A stretch of DNA of 34,759 nt from Coriobacteriales bacterium (GCA_031268525.1 JAIRXA010000085.1:1-34759); one strand, 5' to 3'. Numbered from the stretch's first letter, positions 1 to 9,265 are shown. The notes: generated from the sequence alone by a model not told the origin. Numbers and translations: made by a program.

Positions 1-78
1 GTCGGTGCGGCCTTTGGTGTCGGTGCGACCTTTGGTGTCGGCGCGGCTCCGGCTGTCGGCGCTGTTCCGGGTGTCGGT
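1..78. repeat. Degenerate 18-bp tandem repeat inside feoB
   Basis: GTCGGTGCGGCCTTTGGT / GTCGGTGCGACCTTTGGT / GTCGGCGCGGCTCCGGCT / GTCGGCGCTGTTCCGGGT. It encodes TKGRTD-like 6-aa units in frame. Confidence 0.85.
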
Positions 79-273
79 GTCGGCGGGCTGGACGCCTCTC
101 TTGACCCGTCCCTCTTTCTTTTCGACCGTGACTCCGGGCCAGTTGCCAACACGCTGATTGGCGCCCGTAAGCTCGTTGAACAGGGTGGTCTTGCCACTGT
201 TGGGGTTTCCGGCAAGTGCGATGACGGCAGTCTTTTGAGCCGCTATGGCTTTTGGGATGAGTTTCGCGGCCAT
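1..273 (-). CDS. feoB: Ferrous iron transporter FeoB, N-terminal GTPase region (runs off the window edge)
   Basis: My translation from ATG at 273 gives [55 protein letters not shown], containing the FeoB G1 (GNPNSGKT) and G2 (NWPGVTVE) motifs. It starts 2 bp after the feoA stop. Not in the ORF track. Confidence 0.95.
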   Translation of the reverse strand, partial: MAAKLIPKAIAAQKTAVIALAGNPNSGKTTLFNELTGANQRVGNWPGVTVEKKEGRVKRGVQPADTDTRNSADSRSRADTKGRTDTKGRTD

Positions 274-275
274 CC

Positions 276-506
276 CTACGCCTCCTCTTCCAGCTCGATT
301 AACTGAGCATCTGTCTTGCGAATAGAGACCTCCGTGCCACGCACGCGCACCTCGACCGGATCGCCGAGCGGCGCGACCTTGCGCACATAAACCTCTGCCC
401 CTCGCGTAATGCCCATATCCATGATGCGGCGTTTTACCGCGCCCTCCCCATGCAGGCGCGCCACCGTTACAGTATCGCCCGTAGACGCATCTCTCAGCGT
501 TCTCAT
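276..506 (-). CDS. feoA: Ferrous iron transport protein FeoA
   Basis: [11 protein letters not shown]...[16 protein letters not shown] signature, GGAGA RBS, and position directly upstream of feoB. Confidence 0.95.
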   Translation of the reverse strand: MRTLRDASTGDTVTVARLHGEGAVKRRIMDMGITRGAEVYVRKVAPLGDPVEVRVRGTEVSIRKTDAQLIELEEEA

Positions 507-549
507 TTGATTCTCCCTATTCGTCGGGTATGCTCACTTTCATGTCCCA

Positions 550-571
550 TTAGTTAGGCATTGCTAACTAA
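550..571. promoter_or_regulatory. Palindromic operator upstream of feoAB, DtxR/IdeR/MntR-family-like metal box
   Basis: TTAGTTAG-gcattg-CTAACTAA has perfect 8-bp arms and lies about 45 bp upstream of the feoA start. TTAG..CTAA arms resemble DtxR-family boxes; the regulator identity is inferred. Confidence 0.65.
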
Positions 572-597
572 GGTTAAGTTTTTTTACCTTACCAGAA

Positions 598-628
598 GGC
601 AGTTAGAAGTCAATGACGTCTAACTGCC
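598..628. terminator. Stem-loop between the GRE gene end and the feoA promoter
   Basis: GGCAGTTAGA...TCTAACTGCC forms a 10-bp inverted repeat with only a weak U-tract. It also has GTTAG/CTAAC arms, so it could instead be a second operator. Confidence 0.45.
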
Positions 629-669
629 AACGGAAGTGTTGCTTGAGTGCCAACGGAGGAGTCAGGCGA

Positions 670-737
670 CTACGTTACCGGTTCGTCGCCTTTCCGGTGC
701 CTACGTTACCGGTTCGTCGTTTTCCCGGTTCGTCGCC
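670..737. repeat. Short intergenic direct repeats
   Basis: CTACGTTACCGGTTCGTCG at 670-688 and 701-719, with the core CCGGTTCGTCG again at 725-735. Confidence 0.75.
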
Positions 738-741
738 TCGT

Positions 742-3456
742 TCAGTATGCGTTGTGGCTTTCGCGCGCGATGATCTCGTCTTGCAGCTCCTTGCCAACAC
801 TCGTGAAGTAGGCATTGTAGCCAGTGACGCGTACAAGCAGGTTGCGGTAGTCCTCAGGGTGCGCCTGAGCGTCGCGCAGCATGTCCGCATCGAGGATGTT
901 GATCTGAAGCGCGGTGCCACCATTTTGCACATAGCCGCGCAAGAAGGACTTGAGTTTTGCCTTGTGTTCCTCGTCGCGCATGAGCGCTGGCGAGAGCGTA
1001 ATGGTGTGCGAAGCGCCGTTGGGCAGATAGTTGATCCAATGGCCGTAATCGCCAACGCCCACAGGTAAGCTCAGGCCCGCCGTGTCTAGGCCTGCTTCGT
1101 CTCGGCCCGCTTCGTTTCGGTTCGCCCCGCCCGCACCTACCGCGTCCGCGCCTACCTCATCCGCTGCGCCCCCCTCCGCAGCAAAGCCGCCCAAGGCTCT
1201 GCCCACCGAGTTGGCATTGGCGGTTGGCCCCTGCGTATCTGCGCCATTTACCGGGCAGATCGCGTTGGAGAGAAACTGCCCTTGTGTGCGTCCATCGGGC
1301 GAAGCTGGCAGAATGTAGCCCGAACCGATCCAGTAGTTCCATGACAGCATCCCGGGGCGGAACTGCGCACCGATTGTCGTCTGGTAGCGCCAACATTCCT
1401 CAGCGAACAACTCCATGACGCGTCGCGCCAGCTCATCGGCCACCTCGTCATCGCGCCCATACTTGGGCGCGCGCATCTTCGCGAACGCCTGTAGACGCTC
1501 AAAGCCCACCCAGTTGGCCTGCAGTGCGGTGATCAGCTCATCCATCAAGCACAGGTGCTCATCAAAGACCAGATAGCGCACCGCAAGCAGCGAGTCGACG
1601 GTGGTCGCAAAGGTCACGCCCTCAATCGTAATGAAATTGAGCTCCGCACCTCCGGCAGTGATGTCGCGTGCCTTTTGGACACAGCCCTCCACCAGGCAGC
1701 TCAGATAGGGTGTTGGGTTAAACAACGAACGCGTTACGCTGGAGCGATCGTACAGATCGACCATCTTACGCAGGCAGTACCGCAGTTGCTCGGCAAAGGC
1801 TGCAAAGAACTCCTCAAAGTCCGTAAAGCTCCGGGGATCGCCCGTCTTGGGGGCCTCGCTTTCTGGTGGGTAGGGCTTGTCCCAGAGTGCGTCGGTGTAG
1901 GCGATCAGGTCGCTTCCTCCGCCGAGGGCCAACTCCACGGCTTTCAGCAGATTGAGATTGCAGTCCACGGTGGCGGAACGGTCGTTGCCACACATGGTGT
2001 TTTCCAGACAGCCAACACTCGCGTAATCAAAGACGGTGTCCTCGTTGATCAGACGCTCCACACCTGCCTTGCGCGCCTCGCGCAGCAGCCCGGCCATCGA
2101 GCGCTCGTCAAAGTTCAGCAGAAACGGCGCGCCCTGCGAGACCGAGATCATCTCCACCACCACGTCAAGCAGCTTTTCGGGCGTGTTGGTGTGGAGACGG
2201 ACGTTGGGTTTGGGCTCCAGAATGGGACCCATCTCGTCGAGGACCTCAAGCATGACATAGGTGAGCTCGTTGGTCATGTCGCGCCCATCGGGGCCCATGC
2301 CGCTGAGATTGAAGAGCTGGCCATAGCCCGCCGTGATCCCCTGATCGCCAGTCTTGATCATCGCGTCATAGGCGTAGTTGCAGTGCATCCAGAAGCATTT
2401 GAGCAGCTCCTTGCCAAAGTCGCTCGTCATACCGCCTTCGATGGAGCGCTGCCAGAAGGGGTAGAGATACTGATCAAGCCGCCCAAAGCTGACGCCGGCA
2501 CCTGGGTAGTTCTCGTCGGAGAGGATGAGCATATGCGTAAGCCAGAGCGCCTGCAGGGCCTCCCAGAACGTCTCGGCGGGTTGCTGTGGGACGCGGTCGA
2601 GATTGGCGGCCATCTGGAGAAGCTCGGCCCGACGCGTAGCATCCATTTCCTCCGATGATGCTAGCTTTCTAGCAAGTTGCGCATACCGTGCTGCCAATTC
2701 TCCGGGGACGGTCGCGGCACTACGCATAGCCCGCAACTCATCACCCGCCGCCCCCGCGCGCGCGTCCTCCGTCAGTGCCGCCAGAGCTTCGTCGAGATCG
2801 GCCAAAACGCCCGCGAAGCCGCGGGTGAGGATCTTCGGATAGTTTGAGATCAGATGTCCCGAAGTCGCACCGCAGTTGCCAAAACCCCTGTCCTTGAAGG
2901 CGAAAACCTCGCCACGGATGCCGCTTTTACCGTCGCGTCCCCAGAGACGTTCGGCGCGGGCTTTGGTCTCTTCTGGTTTCAGGCACAGGCTCGTCTGGAT
3001 GTTGAAGCGCCCACCAGCCAGCAGATCGCCAGGCAGCAGTTCCTGCGGCAGATAATCGAGCAGCACCAGACGGTTAAAGGTCGCACGCCGCTCCGGCAGA
3101 GAAAGCTCCCAGAAACCCTGTGGCAGCTCAACAGTATAGGCCGCTTGGTTGAAAGTGCGCTTGAAGGTGTCCATGAAGCAGTAGACCTCGGGTACGATGT
3201 AGAAGGGCTGTTCGTCGAACAACTCATCACTCGGCTCGCCGGTCGTAAAGGCTGTCCACTCATTGTTCCATGCGCGCGCGGTGCCCTGATAGTAGTAGTC
3301 GCGCAACCACTGAACACGCGGCGAAAGCCCGTAGGGCGTCTTGACTCCCTTGGCGTCGGTCTTTGCGGGAGTCTTGATCGTTGCTGTCGAGGCCGAGCCC
3401 GAAACTGGGCTCGCGCCTGGACTCACAGTTGGGCTTGCGGTCGTGTTCGCGGTCAT
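742..3456 (-). CDS. Glycyl radical enzyme (PFL2-like superfamily), substrate unknown
   Basis: Cys loop SVGCLE and C-terminal glycyl-radical loop LLVRVTGYNAYF, plus SFGRLDQYLYPF. Start moved to ATG 3456, which has a GGAGG RBS. Confidence 0.93.
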   Translation of the reverse strand: MTANTTASPTVSPGASPVSGSASTATIKTPAKTDAKGVKTPYGLSPRVQWLRDYYYQGTARAWNNEWTAFTTGEPSDELFDEQPFYIVPEVYCFMDTFKRTFNQAAYTVELPQGFWELSLPERRATFNRLVLLDYLPQELLPGDLLAGGRFNIQTSLCLKPEETKARAERLWGRDGKSGIRGEVFAFKDRGFGNCGATSGHLISNYPKILTRGFAGVLADLDEALAALTEDARAGAAGDELRAMRSAATVPGELAARYAQLARKLASSEEMDATRRAELLQMAANLDRVPQQPAETFWEALQALWLTHMLILSDENYPGAGVSFGRLDQYLYPFWQRSIEGGMTSDFGKELLKCFWMHCNYAYDAMIKTGDQGITAGYGQLFNLSGMGPDGRDMTNELTYVMLEVLDEMGPILEPKPNVRLHTNTPEKLLDVVVEMISVSQGAPFLLNFDERSMAGLLREARKAGVERLINEDTVFDYASVGCLENTMCGNDRSATVDCNLNLLKAVELALGGGSDLIAYTDALWDKPYPPESEAPKTGDPRSFTDFEEFFAAFAEQLRYCLRKMVDLYDRSSVTRSLFNPTPYLSCLVEGCVQKARDITAGGAELNFITIEGVTFATTVDSLLAVRYLVFDEHLCLMDELITALQANWVGFERLQAFAKMRAPKYGRDDEVADELARRVMELFAEECWRYQTTIGAQFRPGMLSWNYWIGSGYILPASPDGRTQGQFLSNAICPVNGADTQGPTANANSVGRALGGFAAEGGAADEVGADAVGAGGANRNEAGRDEAGLDTAGLSLPVGVGDYGHWINYLPNGASHTITLSPALMRDEEHKAKLKSFLRGYVQNGGTALQINILDADMLRDAQAHPEDYRNLLVRVTGYNAYFTSVGKELQDEIIARESHNAY

Positions 3457-3580
3457 GTTCGCCTCCGATATCCGCACAAATATCCTCTGCACAAGCAGTA
3501 TAGGGCTCCCCTACGGTATACTTAGCCGTCAAAACAACAAATCATGTCAACAGGGACGGAAAAGGAGACATACAGACAAC

Positions 3581-3871
3581 ATGGATTTCAGCGGTATCAT
3601 CCTCGGAGCAGCCACTTTTCTCATTATCGGCGTCATGCATCCTGTAGTCATCAAAAGCTATTATTACCTCGGATTGAAGGTCTGGTATGCCTTCCTTGTC
3701 ATCGGTATCGCCTGCGCCATAGCCTCGGTGTTCATCCCCAACCTGCTCGTCTCGATCATCGTCTCGATCGTCGGCTTTTCTTTTCTCTGGGGCATTCACG
3801 AGCTCTTCTCCGAGCGAAAGCGGGTACGCAAGGGCTGGCACCCCGCCAACCCGAAGCGAGAAACCCGGTAG
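3581..3871 (+). CDS. Small membrane protein, DUF4491 family
   Basis: MDFSGIILGAATFLIIGVMHPVVIKSYYY...WGIHELFSERKRVRKGWHPANPKR matches the family pattern as I recall it. Three hydrophobic segments; AAGGAG upstream. Confidence 0.85.
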   Translation: MDFSGIILGAATFLIIGVMHPVVIKSYYYLGLKVWYAFLVIGIACAIASVFIPNLLVSIIVSIVGFSFLWGIHELFSERKRVRKGWHPANPKRETR

Positions 3872-3909
3872 ACCGTTCTGTAAATAACTGCACTATACAG
3901 ACGGTCTAC
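3868..3909. terminator. Hairpin between convergent genes
   Basis: GTAGACCGT(t)CTGTA...TACAGACGGTCTAC inverted repeat between the DUF4491 and DUF47 stop codons. Confidence 0.55.
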
Positions 3910-3921
3910 GAGCCCCTGCAC

Positions 3922-4551
3922 TCAGCTGTTCTTGAGAACAATCGTGGACATCATGTCTGCAACGTTTTCGCAGGCATCGACGACTCGTTCCATGCGCGCA
4001 AACATATTGGACCAGATCATGATGAACACCGGATCGTCGGTGTGGTTTCTATACAGGTCGCGCATCGACAGCAAAAAGAGCGAGTCGGCCTCCTCTTCGA
4101 TGTCGTTGACCTCGATAATGAGCTCGCCGAGCGTCCCCTTTGCCTTGAAATTGCGGAACTCCTTGAGGGCGCTGTGTAGTGTTTCGGTTGTAAGCACGAT
4201 CAGTTCGACCATCTTCAGCATGTTGGGGTGCAGCGTACGAACATCGTACATATAGAGCTGCTGCGACACGTCTTCGATGTAGTCGACGATATCATCAAGC
4301 CGATGCGTCATTTCGATGATATCTTCACGATCGATCGGCGTGATGAACTCCCGCGCAAGATGCAGGAAGAGCTCATGGGTCTGCATGTCGGCGGCGTTTT
4401 CGATCTCATGCATCGCCCAGGAGTTCTGTTTGGCATCTGCCGGATTAAATTCCTGAACAAACTCCAGTAGCATCCGCGCTTCCTGGCACGAGTACTCGCC
4501 CTGCTGAGCCAAGGCGTCAAAGTAGTCGAATCGTGCTTTCGGCATCCTCAT
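3922..4551 (-). CDS. DUF47 / PhoU-like phosphate transport regulator
   Basis: EFITPIDREDI...LDDIVDYIED and EEEAD motifs; ATGA overlap with gatB. Confidence 0.9.
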   Translation of the reverse strand: MRMPKARFDYFDALAQQGEYSCQEARMLLEFVQEFNPADAKQNSWAMHEIENAADMQTHELFLHLAREFITPIDREDIIEMTHRLDDIVDYIEDVSQQLYMYDVRTLHPNMLKMVELIVLTTETLHSALKEFRNFKAKGTLGELIIEVNDIEEEADSLFLLSMRDLYRNHTDDPVFIMIWSNMFARMERVVDACENVADMMSTIVLKNS

Positions 4552-6083
4552 CCCTCCAGTTTCTTGGTAATGATCTCGTTGATCAGTTGAGGGTTACCCT
4601 GACCCTGTGTTGCTTTCATTGCCTGCCCGACAAAGAATCCGCGCAGCCCCGTCTTGCCGCTACGGTACTCCTCGACCTTCTGCGGGTTGGCGGCAAGTAT
4701 GTCGCTGACAATCTGTTCGATGGCTCCCGCATCGCTGACTTGCTTCATGCCGCGCTCTTCAACGATGCGTGCCGGGGTGTCGCCGGTGGCAGCCATCAGG
4801 GCAAAGACCTCCTTGCCCTGATGGGAGGATATCGTGCCGTCGGCGGTGAGCTTGGCAAGCTCGGCAAGAGCAGCTGGGGTGACTTTGCCGCTCACAAGCG
4901 TCAGACCCTCAACGCTATGGGCGTTGAGCCAGGCGCTGACCTCGTTTAACAGCAGGTTCGCGATGGGTTTGGCAAGCGCAGGCTGCGCCGTCAGAGCTTC
5001 GTCGAAGAAGCGGCTCAGCTCCACATCGCCAGCCAAGGCAGCGGCATCGGAGGTGGGCAGCCCACACGTCGACACATAGCGTCGCTTCTTGGCGTCGGGT
5101 AACTCGGGCAGACGAGCTCTCACAGCCTCGATGAATTCGTCGCTCAGGTCATAGGGCGCCAGATCGGGCTCGGGGAAGAGTCGGTAGTCGTCGGCGGTTT
5201 CTTTAACACGCATCGTGATGGTGCGCTTGGCCGCGGGCTCCCAGTGACGCGTCTCCTGCCGTACGGCATCGCCCTCTTCAAGCACCTCGGCCTGACGGCA
5301 GATCTCAAAGGTAAGGCCGTCGTGCAGGTTCTTAAAGCTGTTCATGTTCTTCAGCTCGGTCTTGGTGCCAAATTGCGCAGCGCCATAGCGACGCAGCGAG
5401 ACGTTGCCGTCGCACCTGAGCGAGCCCTGCTCCATCGAGCAATCGCTGATACCCAAGGTCAGGAAAACCTGTCGGAGCTTTTGCAGGAAAAGACGAGCTT
5501 CCTCGGGGGTTCGCAGGTCAGGCTCGGTAACCAGCTCAATCAAGGGGGTGCCACAACGGTTGTAGTCGAGCAGGGAGTAGGTCGCCCCGGAGATGCGTCC
5601 ATCCGTGCCACCGACATGAACCGTCTTGCCAGCGTCCTCCTCCAGGTGGATGCGCGTGATACCGATGTGGGCGGTGTAGGCGTCGCGCTCAGGCATACCG
5701 GCTCTGGGCACTGTGGCGGCCGTATGCGGGATTTCCAAATCGATTGCACCATGCATGCAAAATGCAATCGGTCCTTGCGTGGTCTGGAAGTTCTTGCTCA
5801 TGTCGGGATAGAAGTAGTTTTTGCGATAGAACATCGAACGTTTCTGGATTGAGCAGCCAGTGGCCAAGCCAGCCAAAACGATGGATTCAATGGCTGCCCT
5901 GTTGGGGACAGGTAAGGCGCCTGGCATCCCCAGACAAACCGGGCAGGTATGCGTATTCGGATCGTCACCATAGGAAATCGGGCAGGCACAGAACATCTTG
6001 GTGTTCAGAGTGGTCAGCTCAACATGCACCTCAAGACCGATGACTGCCTCCCAATCCTGCAAAACCGTCTTGAGGCCCTTCAT
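4548..6083 (-). CDS. gatB: Asp/Glu-tRNA amidotransferase subunit B
   Basis: IGLEVHVEL, RKNYFYPD, HLEEDAGK, LRCDGNVS and DYRLFPEPDL motifs. Confidence 0.98.
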   Translation of the reverse strand: MKGLKTVLQDWEAVIGLEVHVELTTLNTKMFCACPISYGDDPNTHTCPVCLGMPGALPVPNRAAIESIVLAGLATGCSIQKRSMFYRKNYFYPDMSKNFQTTQGPIAFCMHGAIDLEIPHTAATVPRAGMPERDAYTAHIGITRIHLEEDAGKTVHVGGTDGRISGATYSLLDYNRCGTPLIELVTEPDLRTPEEARLFLQKLRQVFLTLGISDCSMEQGSLRCDGNVSLRRYGAAQFGTKTELKNMNSFKNLHDGLTFEICRQAEVLEEGDAVRQETRHWEPAAKRTITMRVKETADDYRLFPEPDLAPYDLSDEFIEAVRARLPELPDAKKRRYVSTCGLPTSDAAALAGDVELSRFFDEALTAQPALAKPIANLLLNEVSAWLNAHSVEGLTLVSGKVTPAALAELAKLTADGTISSHQGKEVFALMAATGDTPARIVEERGMKQVSDAGAIEQIVSDILAANPQKVEEYRSGKTGLRGFFVGQAMKATQGQGNPQLINEIITKKLEG

Positions 6084-7690
6084 TGCCGACCTCCTTCCGC
6101 AGACGCTTGGGTAGGCGCTTTGAGGGGCGTGCCCAGACGATCTTCTATGGACGCGTGGATACCCGCCTCCAGAGGTGCACGTCTCCGGATGTCATAGGTC
6201 GCCTCCAGAGCAGCAGCAACCTGAATGATGTTCTCATCAGAGAACTGCGGCCCGATGATCTGCACACCGACAGGCAGACCGCTTGTCTCCCCCAGACCAA
6301 CGGGCAGCGACAGGCCGCCGTTGCCTGCAATATTGATGGGGATGGTGAAGATGTCGGAAAGATACATCGAGGTGGGGTCGGCGATCTCTCCAAAGCGAAA
6401 GGCCGTACGCGGGCTGACGGGCGTGATAAGCGCATCGACCTGCTCAAACGCACGCTGGTAGTCCTGAGTGATGAGCGTACGCACCTGCTGTGCGGGATAG
6501 TAATACGTATCGTAAACACCGGAGGAAAGCAGGTAGGAACCCAGCATGATACGGCGGATAGTCTCGGGACCAAAGCCGTGAGCACGTGATTGTTCGTACT
6601 GCTCGCCAAGATCGGCGGCATCAGGTTCGCGGTAGCCATAACGCACCGAATCAAAACGACTGAGGTTGCTGAAAGCCTCACAGGGCCCGATGACGTAGTA
6701 GGCCGCGAGCGCGGCGGCGGCGTTGGGTAGCTCGACCTCCACGATATGGGCACCGAGGCTCTCCAGGCGTTTCACGGCCTGATGCGTGGCCGTCACAATC
6801 TCCAACTCAATGCCAGGCGCATCGGTCAGGGCAGAAACGATGCCGATACGCATCCCAGCAACTCCACGCTCCAGATAATCGGTGAAGCAGGTGGTGACCT
6901 CCTGCGACGTGCAATCGCGCAGGTCACGACCGCTGATAGCGTCAAGAGTAGCGGCTATGTCTGCCACCGTTCGGCCGAAAGGACCCACCTGGTCAAGCGA
7001 GGAGCCAAAGGCCACGACTCCGTAGCGGCTGACTACGCCGTAGGTAGGCTTCATGCCAACGACGCCACAGAAGCTGGCGGGTTGGCGGATGGAGCCGCCG
7101 GTGTCGGAACCGAGCGCAACGGTTACCATCCCGGCAGCAACCGAGGCGGCGCTGCCTCCCGAGGAGCCGCCGGGCACACGCTCAAGGTCCCAGGGATTGT
7201 AGGTGCGCCCAAAGGCTGAGGTTTCGGTAGAAGAACCGAAGGCAAACTCGTCCATATTCAGCTTGCCAAGCGGCAGCCCACCTCCCGCGATGGCGCGCTC
7301 CACACAGGTAGCGGAGAAAGGAGCCGTATAGTCCTTGAGCATGAGTGAGGCACAGGTGGTATGGGTGCCCAGCTGATTCATGTTGTCCTTGAAGGCGATA
7401 GGCACGCCGGCGAGGGGGCCGAGTGAATCGAGGGCTGTGTTGTGCGTGGCTGCTGCGCTCGCGTCTGCCGCGTTGTGCGCATCTGTGCCCGCCAGCGCCG
7501 CGTCAATGCGCTCGGCTGCTGCCAGAGCAAGCTCGGGGGTCGGCTCCAGGAAAGCATGCACCTGGGGGTCGAGAGCATCGACGCGCGCGATCGCTGCCTG
7601 CGCCACCTCACGAGCAGAGAAATCATGGGCGGCCAAGCCCGCGCGAATAGCAGCAACCGAAAGGTCGGGATACTCGAATCCCACAGCCAT
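6080..7690 (-). CDS. gatA: Asp/Glu-tRNA amidotransferase subunit A
   Basis: Amidase signature GGSSGGSAA...LGSDTGGSIRQPA and KLNMDEFAFGSSTE; lies between gatC and gatB. Confidence 0.98.
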   Translation of the reverse strand: MAVGFEYPDLSVAAIRAGLAAHDFSAREVAQAAIARVDALDPQVHAFLEPTPELALAAAERIDAALAGTDAHNAADASAAATHNTALDSLGPLAGVPIAFKDNMNQLGTHTTCASLMLKDYTAPFSATCVERAIAGGGLPLGKLNMDEFAFGSSTETSAFGRTYNPWDLERVPGGSSGGSAASVAAGMVTVALGSDTGGSIRQPASFCGVVGMKPTYGVVSRYGVVAFGSSLDQVGPFGRTVADIAATLDAISGRDLRDCTSQEVTTCFTDYLERGVAGMRIGIVSALTDAPGIELEIVTATHQAVKRLESLGAHIVEVELPNAAAALAAYYVIGPCEAFSNLSRFDSVRYGYREPDAADLGEQYEQSRAHGFGPETIRRIMLGSYLLSSGVYDTYYYPAQQVRTLITQDYQRAFEQVDALITPVSPRTAFRFGEIADPTSMYLSDIFTIPINIAGNGGLSLPVGLGETSGLPVGVQIIGPQFSDENIIQVAAALEATYDIRRRAPLEAGIHASIEDRLGTPLKAPTQASAEGGRQ

Positions 7691-7998
7691 CAGCGGTCGC
7701 CTCCTGCGTCACCCAGAATGGACGGCACCAAAAACTGCCCATCCTGCTCAGCGGGAGCGTTCGCCAGCGCCTCATCATGCGTGAAACCAGAACGCACACG
7801 GTCCTCGCGCATCACGTTTGACAGCCCGGCAATGGGGTGAAAAGTCGGCTCAACGCCTCTCAGATCGTATTCGGTAATCGGCTTGAGATTTTCAATGATG
7901 CTGTTGAGATCGACGGTCATCGCCGCCACCTCGGCATCGGACAGGCCGATGCGCGCATAGGTCGCGATGCCACGCACATCCTTCTCGGTCAGATACAT
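7690..7998 (-). CDS. gatC: Asp/Glu-tRNA amidotransferase subunit C
   Basis: VEPTFHP...NVMRED...ALANAP...FLVPSIL; AAGGAG RBS. Confidence 0.96.
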   Translation of the reverse strand: MYLTEKDVRGIATYARIGLSDAEVAAMTVDLNSIIENLKPITEYDLRGVEPTFHPIAGLSNVMREDRVRSGFTHDEALANAPAEQDGQFLVPSILGDAGGDR

Positions 7999-8184
7999 GC
8001 TGCTCCTTTGTTCCTCAGGTGGCCGTCGACAATTGTAACGTAAGCCCGGAGCAGCCGCAGATCGCGCTCAAGAGCACGTTTCCTTATGCAATGTTCGTCA
8101 GGTAGACGGAACATGTGGTATGTGGGGCATGGGGACGTTTTCTCTTGCCTCACATACCCCCGGAAGTGTCGACAGGCAGAGAGT

Positions 8185-9099
8185 CTAATCACTATAGAAA
8201 TGGTCGAAATCCACCCGCTGCCGCTCAGTCCCGTCGGTACGGATCTTGTAAAGGCTCCCGAGATCATCCCAGTTTGTGTAATATACCCAGTCGCCAACTA
8301 CGTTGATGAAGTCGCTATTGTCATCATTGAGCTTTATGCGCTCGGTCCCGTCGGTACGGATCTTGTAAAGGCCGTCATCTTCCTCGTTTCTGTAATATAC
8401 CCAGTCGCCAACTACGTTGATGAAGTTGCTACCCTCATCGTTGAGCTTTGTGCGCTCGGTACCATCGGTACGGATCTTGTAAAGGCTGCTATCATCATCC
8501 TCGTTTCTGTAATACACCCAGTCGCCAACTACGTTGATGCTGCTACTATCGTCACTGTTGAGCTTTGTGCGCTCGGTCCCGTCGGTACGGATCTTGTAAA
8601 GGCTCCAGCCATCACCAAAGTTTCTGTAATACACCCAGTCGCCAACTACGTTGATGTACGCGCTACCCCCATCGCTCAGCTTTGTGCGCTCGGTCCCATC
8701 GGTACGGATCTTGTAAAGGCTGCTATCATCATCCTCGTTTCTGTAATATACCCAGTCGTCGCTTTGGGCGACCATGCCAAGGTTTGTGAGATTTCCCACG
8801 GTGTTGCCTGCCTTGACGGCACCATCCAAAACACTGAAAAAGACAGTAAGGGCGATTGCCCCCATCAACAAGACAGCAGCGACTGCAGCACCGATGATGA
8901 TCGGTGTGCGTCGAGACTTTTTTGCCGGAGGTCCCTGCGCACGAGCGGACACCACAGGTTGCGGCATAACGGGAGGGAGCAACGTCTGTGTCGGTACCTG
9001 CCCTGACGGTGCAGGTACCGCAGGCCCAACCGGCGTTCCGCATCCGGCGCAGAAGCGCGCGCCGTTCTCAAGCGGTAAAGCACACCTGGTGCAGTACAT
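8185..9099 (-). CDS. Zinc-ribbon, single-TM, DUF5050-like beta-propeller surface protein
   Basis: N-terminal CTRC..FCAGCG ribbon, Pro-rich linker, hydrophobic TM segment, then repeats of INVVGDWVYY..SLYKIRTDGTER. Confidence 0.85.
   Translation of the reverse strand: MYCTRCALPLENGARFCAGCGTPVGPAVPAPSGQVPTQTLLPPVMPQPVVSARAQGPPAKKSRRTPIIIGAAVAAVLLMGAIALTVFFSVLDGAVKAGNTVGNLTNLGMVAQSDDWVYYRNEDDDSSLYKIRTDGTERTKLSDGGSAYINVVGDWVYYRNFGDGWSLYKIRTDGTERTKLNSDDSSSINVVGDWVYYRNEDDDSSLYKIRTDGTERTKLNDEGSNFINVVGDWVYYRNEEDDGLYKIRTDGTERIKLNDDNSDFINVVGDWVYYTNWDDLGSLYKIRTDGTERQRVDFDHFYSD
8225..8760. repeat. About 5 near-identical 114-117 bp coding tandem repeats
   Basis: Anchor CCCAGTCG at 8286, 8400, 8517, 8634 and 8751, giving spacings of 114/117/117/117. 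Confidence 0.92.
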
Positions 9100-9265
9100 C
9101 GCTATCCCCTCTCTTCGGCAGTCGTAGGCTCGTTGGAACCTGTAGCTATCTCCGGACTCGGACTATGCGAACTGCCGCCCGATAATCATACAGCTTTACT
9201 CATGTTAGCAAACCTCGGCTGCGTATGCATTTCATAGTCTTCTGATGAAATAGGCCATTAAAAGT

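Noticed and set aside
670-737. Mini CRISPR-like repeat
   Set aside because: Only two full 19-bp copies separated by 12 bp; this looks like a slippage duplication.
1555-2658. 367-aa plus-strand ORF (similarly 24605-25549 and 17358-18128)
   Set aside because: These are antisense to well-supported genes, have no motifs, and are expected in GC-rich coding DNA.
8225-8760. Possible CRISPR array or DGR template/variable repeat pair
   Set aside because: The units are in-frame coding repeats without unique spacers, and no cas or reverse transcriptase gene is in the window.
8086-9006. 306-aa plus-strand repetitive ORF
   Set aside because: It is the antisense shadow of the repeat-built propeller gene; the minus-strand product has the coherent ribbon-TM-propeller architecture.
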